Below, piece by piece: positions 1-10,546 of a DNA stretch of 64,000 nucleotides; the first letter of the stretch is position 1; every line of letters starts with the position of its first letter. Location: contig CAVTBU010000005.1 in the NCBI GenBank assembly GCA_963733035.1, positions 448,001 to 512,000 of the forward strand, in the 5' to 3' direction. The position numbers were made by a program, and so were the translations under genes. Source of the stretch: Pirellulales bacterium (lineage in GTDB: Bacteria > Planctomycetota > Planctomycetia > Pirellulales > PALSA-1355). A model generated the notes under the pieces. That model was not told the DNA's origin. It searched no databases and saw only the letters and a program-made list of their open reading frames with translations.

Positions 1-574
1 TGCCGCCATATTGCCCCGGCACAAGCGTGAACACTTGCGATTCTTCGTCCTTGTCGCGGCCACGCGGGTTAAACCGCTTGTCCCAGGAAGCCGGGTCGTC
101 ATGGCCGTCGGTACCAATCGCGCGCGGAACACCATAGTGATAGAGCTTGCCGATTCGCATCGGCGTATAGCCGTGATTGCGGAAGTGCTCTGGCATCGTC
201 ACCACGTTGGGCACGCGGTCGCGGACCAGGACGGCGTTGCGATGAATGAGCGTCTGGTCCGGGTACAGTCCGCACAAAAACAACGCGCGGCTCGGGCCAC
301 ACAGCGGGTATTGGCAATAGGCCCGCTCGAACCGCATTCCCCGACCGGCCAGACGATCGATGTTCGGCGACTTCACCAGCGGATGGCCATAGCAGCCTAG
401 ATCGCAGTTCAGGTCATCCGCGATGAGAAACAACACGTTGTATTTGCCATTCTGCGGTGCCGCGGCGGCGATGCCAGTCAGGCAGGAAATGGCGACAAGC
501 AAAGCCAGCAAGCAGACTCCAAACCGGAGTCGGGCTGGACGACGGTCGTAGGATTCAGCGAAAACAGGGTTCAT
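1..574 (-). CDS. Sulfatase (iduronate-2-sulfatase/choline-sulfatase-like), 5' part; runs off the window edge
   Basis: Manual translation from ATG at 574: signal peptide, then NVLFLIADDL...YGHPLVKSPNIDRLA...AYCQYPLCGPSRA, containing the CxPxR formylglycine motif. Not in the ORF track because it is truncated. Confidence 0.9.
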   Translation of the reverse strand, partial: MNPVFAESYDRRPARLRFGVCLLALLVAISCLTGIAAAAPQNGKYNVLFLIADDLNCDLGCYGHPLVKSPNIDRLAGRGMRFERAYCQYPLCGPSRALFLCGLYPDQTLIHRNAVLVRDRVPNVVTMPEHFRNHGYTPMRIGKLYHYGVPRAIGTDGHDDPASWDKRFNPRGRDKDEESQVFTLVPGQYGG

Positions 575-837
575 CTTGGAGTCTCGTGGCAAGTGTGCGG
601 GTTGGAAGCGGGCGAATTGCTTCCAGGATGCACTCTCAGCGTGGCGACCGCAAGTTTTCTCTGGAATGAAATTGTGATCGGTAACCATCTCGTTGGGTTT
701 GCCTTGTAAAACCCACCCTCACCGATACATTGAGGGCGCTGCTTGGCGCGGAAGCTATGCTTTGGGCACTGCGGTGCCTCGGCTTCGTAGTGCCTGGCGC
801 GGGACCAAATTGTCTCTGTCCTAGGAGTAGGCCCCCG

Positions 838-2985
838 ATGAGCTATCGTCTTGTTGTTGCCGGATTGGGCGTATTAACCGTGAGTCTTTTTTCCTCGTAC
901 GCTTTCGCCGCGGACGCCAACAGCAAAGGCTTCACCTACCCCAACGCTCCCACGGCAAACGTCGTCGACGAGTACCACGGCACGAAAGTCCCCGATCCGT
1001 TTCGCCCCCTGGAAGACCCCGACGCCGAGGTGACACGCCGGTGGGTCGAAGCCGAAAACAAGATCACGTTCGGATTCCTGGAAAAAGTTCCGCAGCGTGA
1101 GGCCCTCAAGGCGCGGTTGACCAAGCTTTGGGATTTTGAAAAGTTCTCCGTTCCTTTCGAGGAGGGTAGGCGTTACTTTTACCTCCGCAACAGCGGGCTG
1201 CAGAATCAGAGTGTGCTGTACACGACCGAATCACTCGATGGCCAGCCGCGCGAGTTGCTCGATCCGAACACCCTTTCGAAAGACGGCACGGTTGCGCTTG
1301 CCGGACTTTCGGTGAGCGACGACGGTTCAAAGCTGGCATATGCCTTGGCCGACGCCGGGTCTGACTGGATCACCTGGCACGTGCGCAACGTGGCGACCGG
1401 CAAGGATACCGACGACCTGGTTCGCTGGAGTAAGTTCTCGGGAGCTTCGTGGACCAAGGACGGAAGCGGTTTCTTCTACGGACGATATCCCGAACCTAAA
1501 GAGGGCCAGGACCTGCGGGCCACGAACTACTTTCAAAAGCTTTATTTTCACAAGCTGGGGACGCCGCAGTCGGAAGACCAGTTGATCTACGATTCGCCAG
1601 AGCACAGGGAATGGCTCTTCAGCAGCACGGTGTCCGACGATGGCAAGTACTTGGTGATCGTGATCACGAAGAGCACCGACGACGTGAATATGGTGCTCTA
1701 CAAGGATCTACAGGACCCCAACGCCAAAATCGTCACCTTGATCGACAATTTCGAAGCCGGCTACCAATTCATCGACAACGACGGATCGCTTTTCTATTTC
1801 CTCACGAATGGCGCGGCGCCGCGCGGCCGCGTGATCGCAATCGACATCACGAAGGCAGACGAAGCGAACTGGAAAGAAGTCATCCCCGAGGCTGAGGACG
1901 TGCTGGGGAGCATCGACCTGGTTGGCAACCGACTGTTGGCGAATTACCTGAAAGACGCCCACACACAGGTCAAAGTGTTCGACCTCAACGGGGAATACCA
2001 AGGCGAGGTGAAGCTGCCCGGTTTGGGCACAGCCAGTGGATTTTCCGGCAAGCGTAGTGACGAGCAGACGTTCTACAGTTTCGCCTCGTTTACCACGCCG
2101 CCGACGATCTACCGCTACGACGTCGCCAGCGGCAAGAGCCAAGTCTACAAGGCGCCAAAAGTTGACTTCGACCCGAGCGACTATACGACCGAGCAGGTCT
2201 TTTATACCAGCCATGACGGCACGCGGGTGCCGATGTTCATCAGCTACAAAAAGGGACTGAAAAAAGACGGCGCCGCGCCGACCTATCTCTATGGCTATGG
2301 CGGGTTCAACATTTCGCTCACGCCTTCGTTCAGCGTATCGAACCTGGTGTGGATGGAGATGGGAGGTATCTTTGCCATGCCGAACCTGCGGGGCGGCGGA
2401 GAATATGGCGAAGATTGGCACAAGGCCGGCACGAAGCAACAAAAGCAAAACGTGTTTGACGACTTCATTGCCGCGGCCGAGTGGCTCATTAAGAACAACT
2501 ACACGCGCAGCTCAAAGCTGGCGATCGGCGGAGGCTCGAACGGCGGCCTGTTGGTCGGGGCTTGTCTCACGCAACGCCCGGATCTCTACGGTGCGGCCTT
2601 GCCGGCCGTGGGCGTGTTGGACATGCTCCGGTTTCACAAGTTCACGATCGGACACGCCTGGGTCGACGACTACGGCTCGTCAGACAATCCCGAGGAATTT
2701 GCCGCGCTCATCAAATACTCACCCTTGCATGTCATCAAGTCGGGCACCTGCTATCCACCCACCATGATTACCACGGCCGATCACGACGACCGCGTGGTGC
2801 CCGCCCACAGCTTCAAGTTTGCCGCCACGCTGCAGCAGGCCCAGGGGTGCGACAACCCGATTCTGATTCGCATCGAAACCAAGGCCGGCCACGGTGCCGG
2901 CAAGCCCACGGCCAAAATCATCGAGGAGGCGGCCGATAAGTGGGCATTTTTGGTGAAAGTGCTGCGACTAAGTCCGATGCTCTAG
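838..2985 (+). CDS. Prolyl oligopeptidase (S9A), secreted
   Basis: VPDPFRPLED N-terminus, YGYGGF, GGSNGG nucleophile, DHDDRV, KAGHGAGKP; signal peptide from MSYRLVV at 838. Confidence 0.95.
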   Translation: MSYRLVVAGLGVLTVSLFSSYAFAADANSKGFTYPNAPTANVVDEYHGTKVPDPFRPLEDPDAEVTRRWVEAENKITFGFLEKVPQREALKARLTKLWDFEKFSVPFEEGRRYFYLRNSGLQNQSVLYTTESLDGQPRELLDPNTLSKDGTVALAGLSVSDDGSKLAYALADAGSDWITWHVRNVATGKDTDDLVRWSKFSGASWTKDGSGFFYGRYPEPKEGQDLRATNYFQKLYFHKLGTPQSEDQLIYDSPEHREWLFSSTVSDDGKYLVIVITKSTDDVNMVLYKDLQDPNAKIVTLIDNFEAGYQFIDNDGSLFYFLTNGAAPRGRVIAIDITKADEANWKEVIPEAEDVLGSIDLVGNRLLANYLKDAHTQVKVFDLNGEYQGEVKLPGLGTASGFSGKRSDEQTFYSFASFTTPPTIYRYDVASGKSQVYKAPKVDFDPSDYTTEQVFYTSHDGTRVPMFISYKKGLKKDGAAPTYLYGYGGFNISLTPSFSVSNLVWMEMGGIFAMPNLRGGGEYGEDWHKAGTKQQKQNVFDDFIAAAEWLIKNNYTRSSKLAIGGGSNGGLLVGACLTQRPDLYGAALPAVGVLDMLRFHKFTIGHAWVDDYGSSDNPEEFAALIKYSPLHVIKSGTCYPPTMITTADHDDRVVPAHSFKFAATLQQAQGCDNPILIRIETKAGHGAGKPTAKIIEEAADKWAFLVKVLRLSPML

Positions 2986-3195
2986 TGGCGTCTTATCGAT
3001 CCGCACGCGTCAACCGGCATGCTCGGTCGAAATTTGGCAATTTCCGCCTGGACGGGTACATTGGCGGTGGTTTAGAGTCTTCTTGCGCATTTTGCTTGTG
3101 TGTCGGGCTTCTCCCCCCAAGAACCCGGCACCGGTTTGCGGTGCAGCGCGGTCTGATGAATACCTCTCTCCATATCCCTCCGGGAGTGATCGGTC

Positions 3196-5244
3196 ATGAA
3201 TCCTAATCAGCGGCTCGCGACGCTTGGGGAATGGTTTCGCGCATTTGGACTGTCTGTCGCCTGCCTGGTTCTGGTCATGGCCGCCTGCCCAGCGGCCGGC
3301 AATGACCAGACGGTTCCGCCAGCCCGCTTTCTGGCGGCACTCGACATCGACGGCCAGACTCACCGTATCGGCAACGGCGAAGGATACGACGCAATCGCGT
3401 TGGTTTTCATTTCGACCGAATGCCCGATTGCCAGAAGCTACGTGCCCGAACTGAATCGGATTGCGGCCAGCGTGGCAGAAGAGCCCGTGAAGCTGGTCGG
3501 CGTGCTCTCGGATCGCAGCGTTTCTCGCGCCGACGCGGTGAAGTTTCGCGACGAGTTTCAAATCGAGTTTCCGCTGTTGTTCGACGCATCGGGCGAACTA
3601 GCTCAGACACTACAGCCAACTCACGTGCCCGAAGCGATCGTGCTCGACGCAGACGCCCGCGTGATCTATCGGGGCCGCATTGATGATCGGTATCCCGAAA
3701 TCGGCAAGAAGCGTCCCGCGCCGACCACGCACGACCTGTCCGATGCCCTGCATGCAGCCGCGACCGGCAAACCGATTGCAATCGCGGAAACCACGCCCGT
3801 GGGATGTCCGGTCGAACCGCCGCGGACGCCGAGCGACACGGCCGTCACATACAATCGCGATATCGCGCCGATTCTGATCGCTCACTGCGTCGAATGTCAC
3901 CGGCCGGGCGAAGTTGCGCCGTTCTCGCTGCTGACCTATGAAGACGCTGCCAAGCGGGCCACGTTTCTGGCCGAGATTACCTCCACGCGCGCGATGCCTC
4001 CTTGGAAAGCTGAAATCGGACACGGCCGATTCCTGGGTGAGCGGCGCCTCACCGATCAGCAAATTTCGCTGCTCGATCGTTGGGCCAAGTCCGGCGTCGC
4101 CGAGGGAGATGCCGCCGATAAGCCACCGCTGCCAAATTTCCCCAGCGGCTGGCGGTTGGGCAAACCCGACCTGGAACTCACGGCTCCCGATTCGATCACC
4201 GTCCCCGCCGGAGGTGAAGACGTCTTCCAGCACTGGATCATTCCGCTCGACCTGCCGGAAGACAAGACCGTCGTGGGATTCGAGTTTCGCCCCGGCAATC
4301 CGGCCGTGGTGCACCATTCAATTTTGTTTCTCGACAGCTCGGGTATGGGACGCCAGAAGGACGCCGAGACTCCCGAACCGGGGTACACCACGTTTGGTTC
4401 GATCGGAATTCCCACCGCGGGCATCATCGGCGTGTGGACCCCGGGTATGACCCCGCGGTTTTTCCCTAACGGATCGGGCATGGTTGTGCGCAAAGGCACG
4501 GACCTGGTGCTGCAGCTTCACATGCACCCGTCTGGCAAGGAAGAAACCGACCGTTCGTCGGTGGCGTTGTACTTTGCCGACAAGCCGGTGGAACGCACGC
4601 TGTCGCGCTCGCCGTTCGTTGTTGGCTCGATTCTGATCGACATTGCGGCTGGCGATGCTAACCACACAGTGCATTCATCGGTCACGGTGCCAACCGACAT
4701 CACGCTCATCTCGATCTTGCCCCACATGCACCTGATTGGCAAAGACATGAAGCTCACGGCGACGTTGCCAGACGGCCGCGAGGAATCTCTGATTTGGATA
4801 AAGGACTGGAACTTCTACTGGCAAGACAATTATGTCTACCACGAGCCGCTCAAGTTGCCGGCCGGCACGAAGCTCGACATCGTTTGCCACTACGACAACT
4901 CCGCCGACAATCCACTAAATCCTAAAAGTCCGCCCGAACGGGTCTTCTTCGGTAATGGCAGCAGCGATGAAATGTGCTTTGGCATTTTTCAGCTCATCGT
5001 TGACAACCCGCGCGACGAGCCCAAGTTGCAGGGAGCACTGATCAAGACGCTGGCGCAGGACTGGCGTGAATCCAACCTCGATGACGTGGCCCGCGCCCAC
5101 ATCATGGAGGAAGCGGCGAAGCTCTTCGGCGGAGGCCGACGCAGGTTTGGACAACCCCCGAGTGCAGGTCCTCGCTCCGAGCGGCCTGCGATCGACGTCG
5201 ACGACGCGGCCACTGAGTCCAAGACGTCACTGCCCACGAACTAG
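3196..5244 (+). CDS. Secreted redoxin + CxxCH cytochrome c + copper type II ascorbate-dependent monooxygenase (PHM/DBH-like) fusion
   Basis: STECP redoxin motif, YRGRIDD, HCVECH, VVHHS, LQLHMH, PHMH, DEMC. Confidence 0.85.
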   Translation: MNPNQRLATLGEWFRAFGLSVACLVLVMAACPAAGNDQTVPPARFLAALDIDGQTHRIGNGEGYDAIALVFISTECPIARSYVPELNRIAASVAEEPVKLVGVLSDRSVSRADAVKFRDEFQIEFPLLFDASGELAQTLQPTHVPEAIVLDADARVIYRGRIDDRYPEIGKKRPAPTTHDLSDALHAAATGKPIAIAETTPVGCPVEPPRTPSDTAVTYNRDIAPILIAHCVECHRPGEVAPFSLLTYEDAAKRATFLAEITSTRAMPPWKAEIGHGRFLGERRLTDQQISLLDRWAKSGVAEGDAADKPPLPNFPSGWRLGKPDLELTAPDSITVPAGGEDVFQHWIIPLDLPEDKTVVGFEFRPGNPAVVHHSILFLDSSGMGRQKDAETPEPGYTTFGSIGIPTAGIIGVWTPGMTPRFFPNGSGMVVRKGTDLVLQLHMHPSGKEETDRSSVALYFADKPVERTLSRSPFVVGSILIDIAAGDANHTVHSSVTVPTDITLISILPHMHLIGKDMKLTATLPDGREESLIWIKDWNFYWQDNYVYHEPLKLPAGTKLDIVCHYDNSADNPLNPKSPPERVFFGNGSSDEMCFGIFQLIVDNPRDEPKLQGALIKTLAQDWRESNLDDVARAHIMEEAAKLFGGGRRRFGQPPSAGPRSERPAIDVDDAATESKTSLPTN

Positions 5245-5298
5245 GGGCTGCGGTTGCCGGTCCGCACGCGGTGTTCTCCACGAGCACACTCGGCGGCG

Positions 5299-5440
5299 AT
5301 GGCCCATAAAAGCGGAAGTCGTCTACCTTTTCGCGTTCGACGTCGCCAGCAAAATCGCCACCGCTTGTATTGGACAGATACGCGCGGCCCAACTGTCCCA
5401 TTTCGAGCTGCATACGGATACGTTTCCAGGTGGAATCGCT
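5299..5440 (+). pseudogene. Short frameshifted 5' remnant of a conserved hypothetical gene
   Basis: ATG at 5299, then after a one-base shift IKAEVVYLFAFDVASKI...FELHTDTFP. This resembles from memory the N-terminus of a conserved planctomycete protein (EVVYxxAFDVA); no continuation follows. Confidence 0.4.
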
Positions 5441-5730
5441 CTCAGAACGGGCCGCTTGCCGATGCCACGCGGTCGGTCAAAGTTTTGCCGCTTAAGGCAC
5501 CGACGATGTGCGGCGACGGATGCAAGAACTTGTTAGATGCCACCGCGCAACGGGCACCATTGCCTGAACCGAAGGCCTACAGGACGTTTTGCTCGCCATC
5601 GACCTGTCGATGCTGTGGTTTAAGCGGTGAAGTTGCGATCTAACAGTACTCGTTGCGTTTCCGAGATTAGTTCGCTAGCTTAAATAGCCGCATTTACCTA
5701 TTCTTCGGAGATAACGAGGAACCCCACACC

Positions 5731-6595
5731 ATGCACGAGGACTTGAAGAGCTGGCTGCCCAAGATCGACTTTTCTCGACGGGAATTCGTCGTCACAAGCC
5801 TGGCCACCGGATTTGCCCTGGCAGTGCAGCCGATCTCGGCCAAAACGATCACTACCGATACCAATGGGCTCGTCGCCGGAGAAGTCAAGGTTCCCACGTC
5901 AGACGGCACGATGCCGGCCTACCGCGCCATGCCCGAGGGCGCCGGCCCGTTTCCAACCGTGCTCGTCGTGCAAGAGATTTTCGGTGTGCACGAGCACATC
6001 AAAGACCTCTGCCGCAGGTTGGCCAAGCAGGGCTACTTCGCCGTGGCGCCGGAACTGTACGCGCGTCAAGGCGACGTTTCGAAAATGACCGACATTCCCA
6101 AAATCATCAGCGAGGTGGTATCCAAAGTACCCGACGCGCAGGTAATGAGTGATCTCGATGCCACCGTGACCTGGGCCAAGAGCACGGGCAAGGCCGACGC
6201 CTCTAAGCTTGCGGTGACGGGTTTCTGCTGGGGCGGACGGATCGTGTGGCTTTATGCAGCTCACAATCCGAACCTAAAAGCGGCGGCCGCCTGGTATGGG
6301 CGACTGGTGGGTGCCGCGGATCCCCTGCATCCGAAGCATCCTGTCGAATTGGCCGGCGATCTCAAAGCTCCCGTGTTGGGGCTCTACGGCGAGGCCGACG
6401 CCGGCATTCCGCAAGACACGGTCGCGGCAGATGCGCGAGGCGGCCAAAGCGGCCGACAAAGAGGTTGAAATCATCGTCTATCCGGATGCCCCTCACGGTT
6501 TCAACGCCGACTATCGTCCGAGCTATCGCGAGCAGGCCGCCAATGATGGTTGGCAGCGAATGCTCGAATGGTTCAAGAAGCATGGCGTCGGTTGA
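5731..6595 (+). CDS. Dienelactone hydrolase family (YghX-like); frameshift near 6425
   Basis: SRREFV Tat-like motif, [16 protein letters not shown]; the C-terminal [16 protein letters not shown] lies in a second frame (ORF 6296..6595). Confidence 0.9.
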
Positions 6596-6631
6596 ACGCC
6601 CTGACTGGGGCCATAATTCGCCGACGAGCGA

Positions 6632-8908
6632 CTAATTCGAATCACGGACGGCCGAAGAATCCTCGCTCGTCATCGTGCCTTGAGTGAGAAACCTCAATTC
6701 GCCGCCGGCGACGTCGTAGAGTGCGCCGACGATCGCGACGCGTCCCTCGCTCACTAGATGGCGCAGCGTCTCGCTCGAGCCCAGAATCCGGCTGACCGTT
6801 TGCAGCACATTGGCACTAGCCACGTCGTTAACGATTTCGTCCTGCTCGGTAAGCGTGGCGCGCTCGAGGCGGTGGAGCGTCTGCGGTGTAACGACCGCTT
6901 GGATCTCACGCAGCACGGACTCCACATTCGGGCAACCGGTGAGCTTGCCAACCGATTCGCTCGCTGTCGCCGTGCGGACCGCAGTCGTGACGGCGCCGCA
7001 ACGAGTGTGTCCCATGACTAGAATTAACTTGGCCTTGGCAACGGCGCAACCGTATTCGAGGCTGCCAAGGACCTCGGGACTGGAGATATTGCCCGCGATG
7101 CGAACGACAAAGATGTCTCCCACGCCGAGGTCGAAGATCAACTCCGCCGGCGTGCGAGAGTCGATGCAGCTGAGCACCATGGCGAGCGGGTGCTGCTCCT
7201 CGGCCGTGGCGCTTACCTGGCGGCCGAGGTCGCGGGTCAGCCGTTGGCCGGTCCGGAAGCGGTGATGCCCCTCCTTGAGAATCGTGAGCACCTGCGCCGG
7301 TGTGAGCGACGCTTGCAATTCGCGAGTCGAGTAGTCAACGTACTGAATCCGGTCCTTGAATCGGTATTTCTCGCGGAACCCTCGGAAGCTAACTTCCACG
7401 CCCCGAGCCGGAGCGACGTGCTGCTTGAAATCGCGGATCAAGTCAAGGACGTCCGGATCAATGTAGTCTGTGTTCTGCGCGTCGAGCAGCACGTGTCCGC
7501 CACGCGGCACCTCGTTAAGCACGCGGTTCAAAACCGCGCGATTCAAGAAGCTGACCTGATTCGCCAGTTCGATGTGCAACACGTCGCCGCCAAGATGCCG
7601 CTCAACAAACCGCCTGAGCGGGCGGCGCAAGTTGCTATTTAGGATGAAGCTGATGGCCGCCGCCAAGCCAATTAAGACGCCGACCAGCAGGTCCGTGAGC
7701 ACAATGGCGGCCACAGTCAGGACGAATGGCAGAAACTGATAGCGCCCTTGACGCCACATTTGCTGAAACACGCTGGGGCTGGCCAGCTTGAAACCGGCGA
7801 CAAGCAGGATGGCCGCCAGACAGGACAGCGGTACCTTGTTCAGCAACGTGGGAAACAGCGCCACGCTTACCAGCAATAAGAAACCATGGAGGATCGTCGC
7901 CAGCTTGGATTGCGACCCGGCGTTGATATTAATCGAGCTACGAACGATGACCGAGGTAACCGGAATGCCCCCCAGCAGGCCGGCTGCCATATTGCCAACT
8001 CCTTGTGCGCAAAGCTCGCGGCTGGGAGGCGAGGTGCGTTTTCTTGGGTCGATGCGATCGGCCGCCTCCAAGCTCAACAACGATTCCAACGACGCGACCA
8101 TGGCAATCGTGAGAGCCGCGCGATAGACGGCGGGAGTGTTCCAAGCCGAAAAGTCGGGAAAACGAAAGAAGTCGAGCACGCCACCAAGCGACTCAGCGAT
8201 CGGCACTTGCACTAGGTGACTGGGGCCGATGGTCCACCTCCCGCCCATCTCTAACATCGCTTGGCTTATGCCAACACCCAATAAAACGACGACGAGTTGC
8301 GAGGGAATAATCGATTGCTTCAGTGGCTTAAAGCGGTCCCACAAGATCAACAACAAGACCGATGCTATTCCGACCACCGCTGCTCCAGGATGGATGTCGC
8401 CCAACAGATTGCCAAGTTCTGAAAACGTGGTTTCCTGGTCCGGTTGGAAGAAGGACATTTCGCCTTCCGGGTCGGCGTCATGTCCCAACAGGTGCGGAAT
8501 CTGCTTCATCACGAGGATGATGCCGATTGCCGCCAACAGACCTTTGATGACGCTGGACGGGATGAACGCTGAAACCGACCCGGCGCGGGCGATGCCAAGT
8601 GCGACTTGCATGCCGCCTGCGATGACCACAGCCAGAAGAAACGACTCGAACGAACCCAAGGCCGCGATTTGTGCGGCCGCAACCGCCATCATGCTGTTGC
8701 CCGGGCCACTAACGCTCGTTTGTGAGCCGCTCAACAAGCCCACCAGGACGCCGCCGATGATTCCTGAAAGAATACCAGAGAACAAAGGCGCACCAGATGC
8801 CAAGGCGATTCCGAGGCACAACGGCAGAGATACGACAAAGACGACAAATGCCGCCGAAAGGTCGCGATAAAGAGACCCCGAGAGACTCGCGGCTTGGTTG
8901 TTAGGCAT
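6632..8908 (-). CDS. SulP-family anion/bicarbonate transporter fused to beta-carbonic anhydrase
   Basis: LPLCLGIALASG, SVSGP, IVRSSIN transmembrane motifs; STAS-like region; CIDSR and GHTRCGAV zinc ligands. Confidence 0.95.
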   Translation of the reverse strand: MPNNQAASLSGSLYRDLSAAFVVFVVSLPLCLGIALASGAPLFSGILSGIIGGVLVGLLSGSQTSVSGPGNSMMAVAAAQIAALGSFESFLLAVVIAGGMQVALGIARAGSVSAFIPSSVIKGLLAAIGIILVMKQIPHLLGHDADPEGEMSFFQPDQETTFSELGNLLGDIHPGAAVVGIASVLLLILWDRFKPLKQSIIPSQLVVVLLGVGISQAMLEMGGRWTIGPSHLVQVPIAESLGGVLDFFRFPDFSAWNTPAVYRAALTIAMVASLESLLSLEAADRIDPRKRTSPPSRELCAQGVGNMAAGLLGGIPVTSVIVRSSININAGSQSKLATILHGFLLLVSVALFPTLLNKVPLSCLAAILLVAGFKLASPSVFQQMWRQGRYQFLPFVLTVAAIVLTDLLVGVLIGLAAAISFILNSNLRRPLRRFVERHLGGDVLHIELANQVSFLNRAVLNRVLNEVPRGGHVLLDAQNTDYIDPDVLDLIRDFKQHVAPARGVEVSFRGFREKYRFKDRIQYVDYSTRELQASLTPAQVLTILKEGHHRFRTGQRLTRDLGRQVSATAEEQHPLAMVLSCIDSRTPAELIFDLGVGDIFVVRIAGNISSPEVLGSLEYGCAVAKAKLILVMGHTRCGAVTTAVRTATASESVGKLTGCPNVESVLREIQAVVTPQTLHRLERATLTEQDEIVNDVASANVLQTVSRILGSSETLRHLVSEGRVAIVGALYDVAGGELRFLTQGTMTSEDSSAVRDSN

Positions 8909-9177
8909 AACGATTTTCCCTCAATGACTAGATGCCGTCGTTCTGCATTCGCACCGCCCCAATCGCGAGCCCTGAGATCGACCGGCACCAACGAGCATCA
9001 CAGGCATTGCGGGCTCCTCACAAGCCCCCGCCCTGGACGCCAGTGTCCTGAGAGCAACGGCAACTAAGAGCAAATCCTCGCTGGCACTGGTTGCGATCGA
9101 ACACATCATTCAAATAGCGATCTGCGCAGTACAGAACAATGCGGGGATCGCAAGAAGTCCGTGTCAGAAGGTGCAGC

Positions 9178-9549
9178 CTAACACTGCATCGGGGCGCACA
9201 GCCCATTTGGCAAGCGATGCCCATCGGCGCGAGTGGTCGCAACACCTCGCGCTGCGGGGTTGCCGACTGAGCCGCGCGCTCGGCCCAGACAGCGTACTGC
9301 CAGGTTGCTGGCCAATTCATTGCGCGAAGAAGGGATTTGGCCTTCCAACGGATTGGCCAATTCGAGTTCAAGGGCAAGCGATTCGCAGGCCTCGGCGCTC
9401 GATTCGAGCGGTTGCCCAGCTGCCTCCAGCATCGCCAAAACGAGCGCCGCCTTGCAGACGGCCACAACTGCCGTCAGTCCCAAGCGCTTCAGGCGGACGC
9501 GCGATAACGACCGACGGGTTGCAGTTCTGGTACGGGAAGATACTCGCAT
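9178..9549 (-). CDS. Small hypothetical protein with a hydrophobic N-region and C-terminal GHRLPNGLCAPMQC; possible leader peptide
   Basis: ORF 9178..9717 in the track; more plausible starts at 9549 or 9588; same strand as, and 270 nt upstream of, SulP-CA. Confidence 0.5.
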   Translation of the reverse strand: MRVSSRTRTATRRSLSRVRLKRLGLTAVVAVCKAALVLAMLEAAGQPLESSAEACESLALELELANPLEGQIPSSRNELASNLAVRCLGRARGSVGNPAARGVATTRADGHRLPNGLCAPMQC

Positions 9550-9726
9550 TGGAAGCCCTTTCGGCTGCCCTGCATCTCGTTTTCGCATACCATAAAAGCT
9601 ATGGGCCGACCGGAACCGAGTCAAGCTGAGTTCCACGGGTTTCACCCAAGTCGGAGGCCTGATGTCGCGGGCATTCCGGATTCCCAATTTGGCCGGTTCC
9701 GTTTCCATGACCGACATAAGCGGCGG

Positions 9727-10536
9727 TCACCAGTGCATTACGAATCCACCGTCGACGTTGATCGTTTGGCCGGTTACACTCCCTGCCCGCGGAGAAGCCA
9801 GAAAGACGGCCATTGCGGCAATGTCCTCCGGTTGCTGCCAGCGATTCAGCGGCACCAACTGTCGGATCTTATCGGCGGCCCAGGCATCGTAATCGGGCAC
9901 GTCTGCACCCGATTGTTGCGCGGCCCAAGCTTCGTATGTGAGTCGGTTGAGCGAGGTCTTCACCATGCCCGGGCAAAGCATGTTCACCCGCACGCCGTGC
10001 GGGGCGAAATCGCGAGCAGCGCACTGCCCGAAGTTGATCAGACCGGCCTTTGAGGCGCTGTATGGCGGGTCGGTTTGCGAACCAATCTGACCGGCCACGC
10101 TTGCCAGCAGCAACAGGGAGCCGAAGTCGGCATCGATCAACGGTTGGCGAAAAGCGTGAGCGACATTGACCGCGCCCACCAGATTTACCTCCAGCACACG
10201 CGGCCAATCGGCCGGCTGGAGATTCCAAAATGGAAAGCCTCGCTTGCCGCTGCCTATCGCCGCGGCATGAACGACGTGATTGCACCGGCCGAATTGCCGG
10301 ACGATGTTGGTTACGGCGTCTTCCACTGCCGACAGATCGGTGATGTCTGCCACGAAGCCGGCCACCGGCCGTCGACTTTCGGCGGAAAGCTGTTCTGCGA
10401 CTTGACCGACGCGCCGGTCGCGATCAACAAGTGCGACGGTGGAACCTTCAGAAACAAACTCGCGTGCGATCGCCAGTCCGATACCATCCGCACCGCCGAC
10501 AATGGTGGCCACGTGCCCTTCTATTTGCAAGTCCAT
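9727..10536 (-). CDS. Short-chain dehydrogenase/reductase
   Basis: VGGADGIG, YSASK, VNMLCPG, GQTINVDGG. Confidence 0.95.
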   Translation of the reverse strand: MDLQIEGHVATIVGGADGIGLAIAREFVSEGSTVALVDRDRRVGQVAEQLSAESRRPVAGFVADITDLSAVEDAVTNIVRQFGRCNHVVHAAAIGSGKRGFPFWNLQPADWPRVLEVNLVGAVNVAHAFRQPLIDADFGSLLLLASVAGQIGSQTDPPYSASKAGLINFGQCAARDFAPHGVRVNMLCPGMVKTSLNRLTYEAWAAQQSGADVPDYDAWAADKIRQLVPLNRWQQPEDIAAMAVFLASPRAGSVTGQTINVDGGFVMHW

Positions 10537-10546
10537 GGCGTCAGTC

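Noticed and set aside
730..837. Upstream extension of the prolyl oligopeptidase ORF, and similar extensions at 18416, 21765, 28189 and 62338
   Set aside because: Longest-ORF artefacts; downstream starts have an RBS and/or place signal peptides at the N-terminus.
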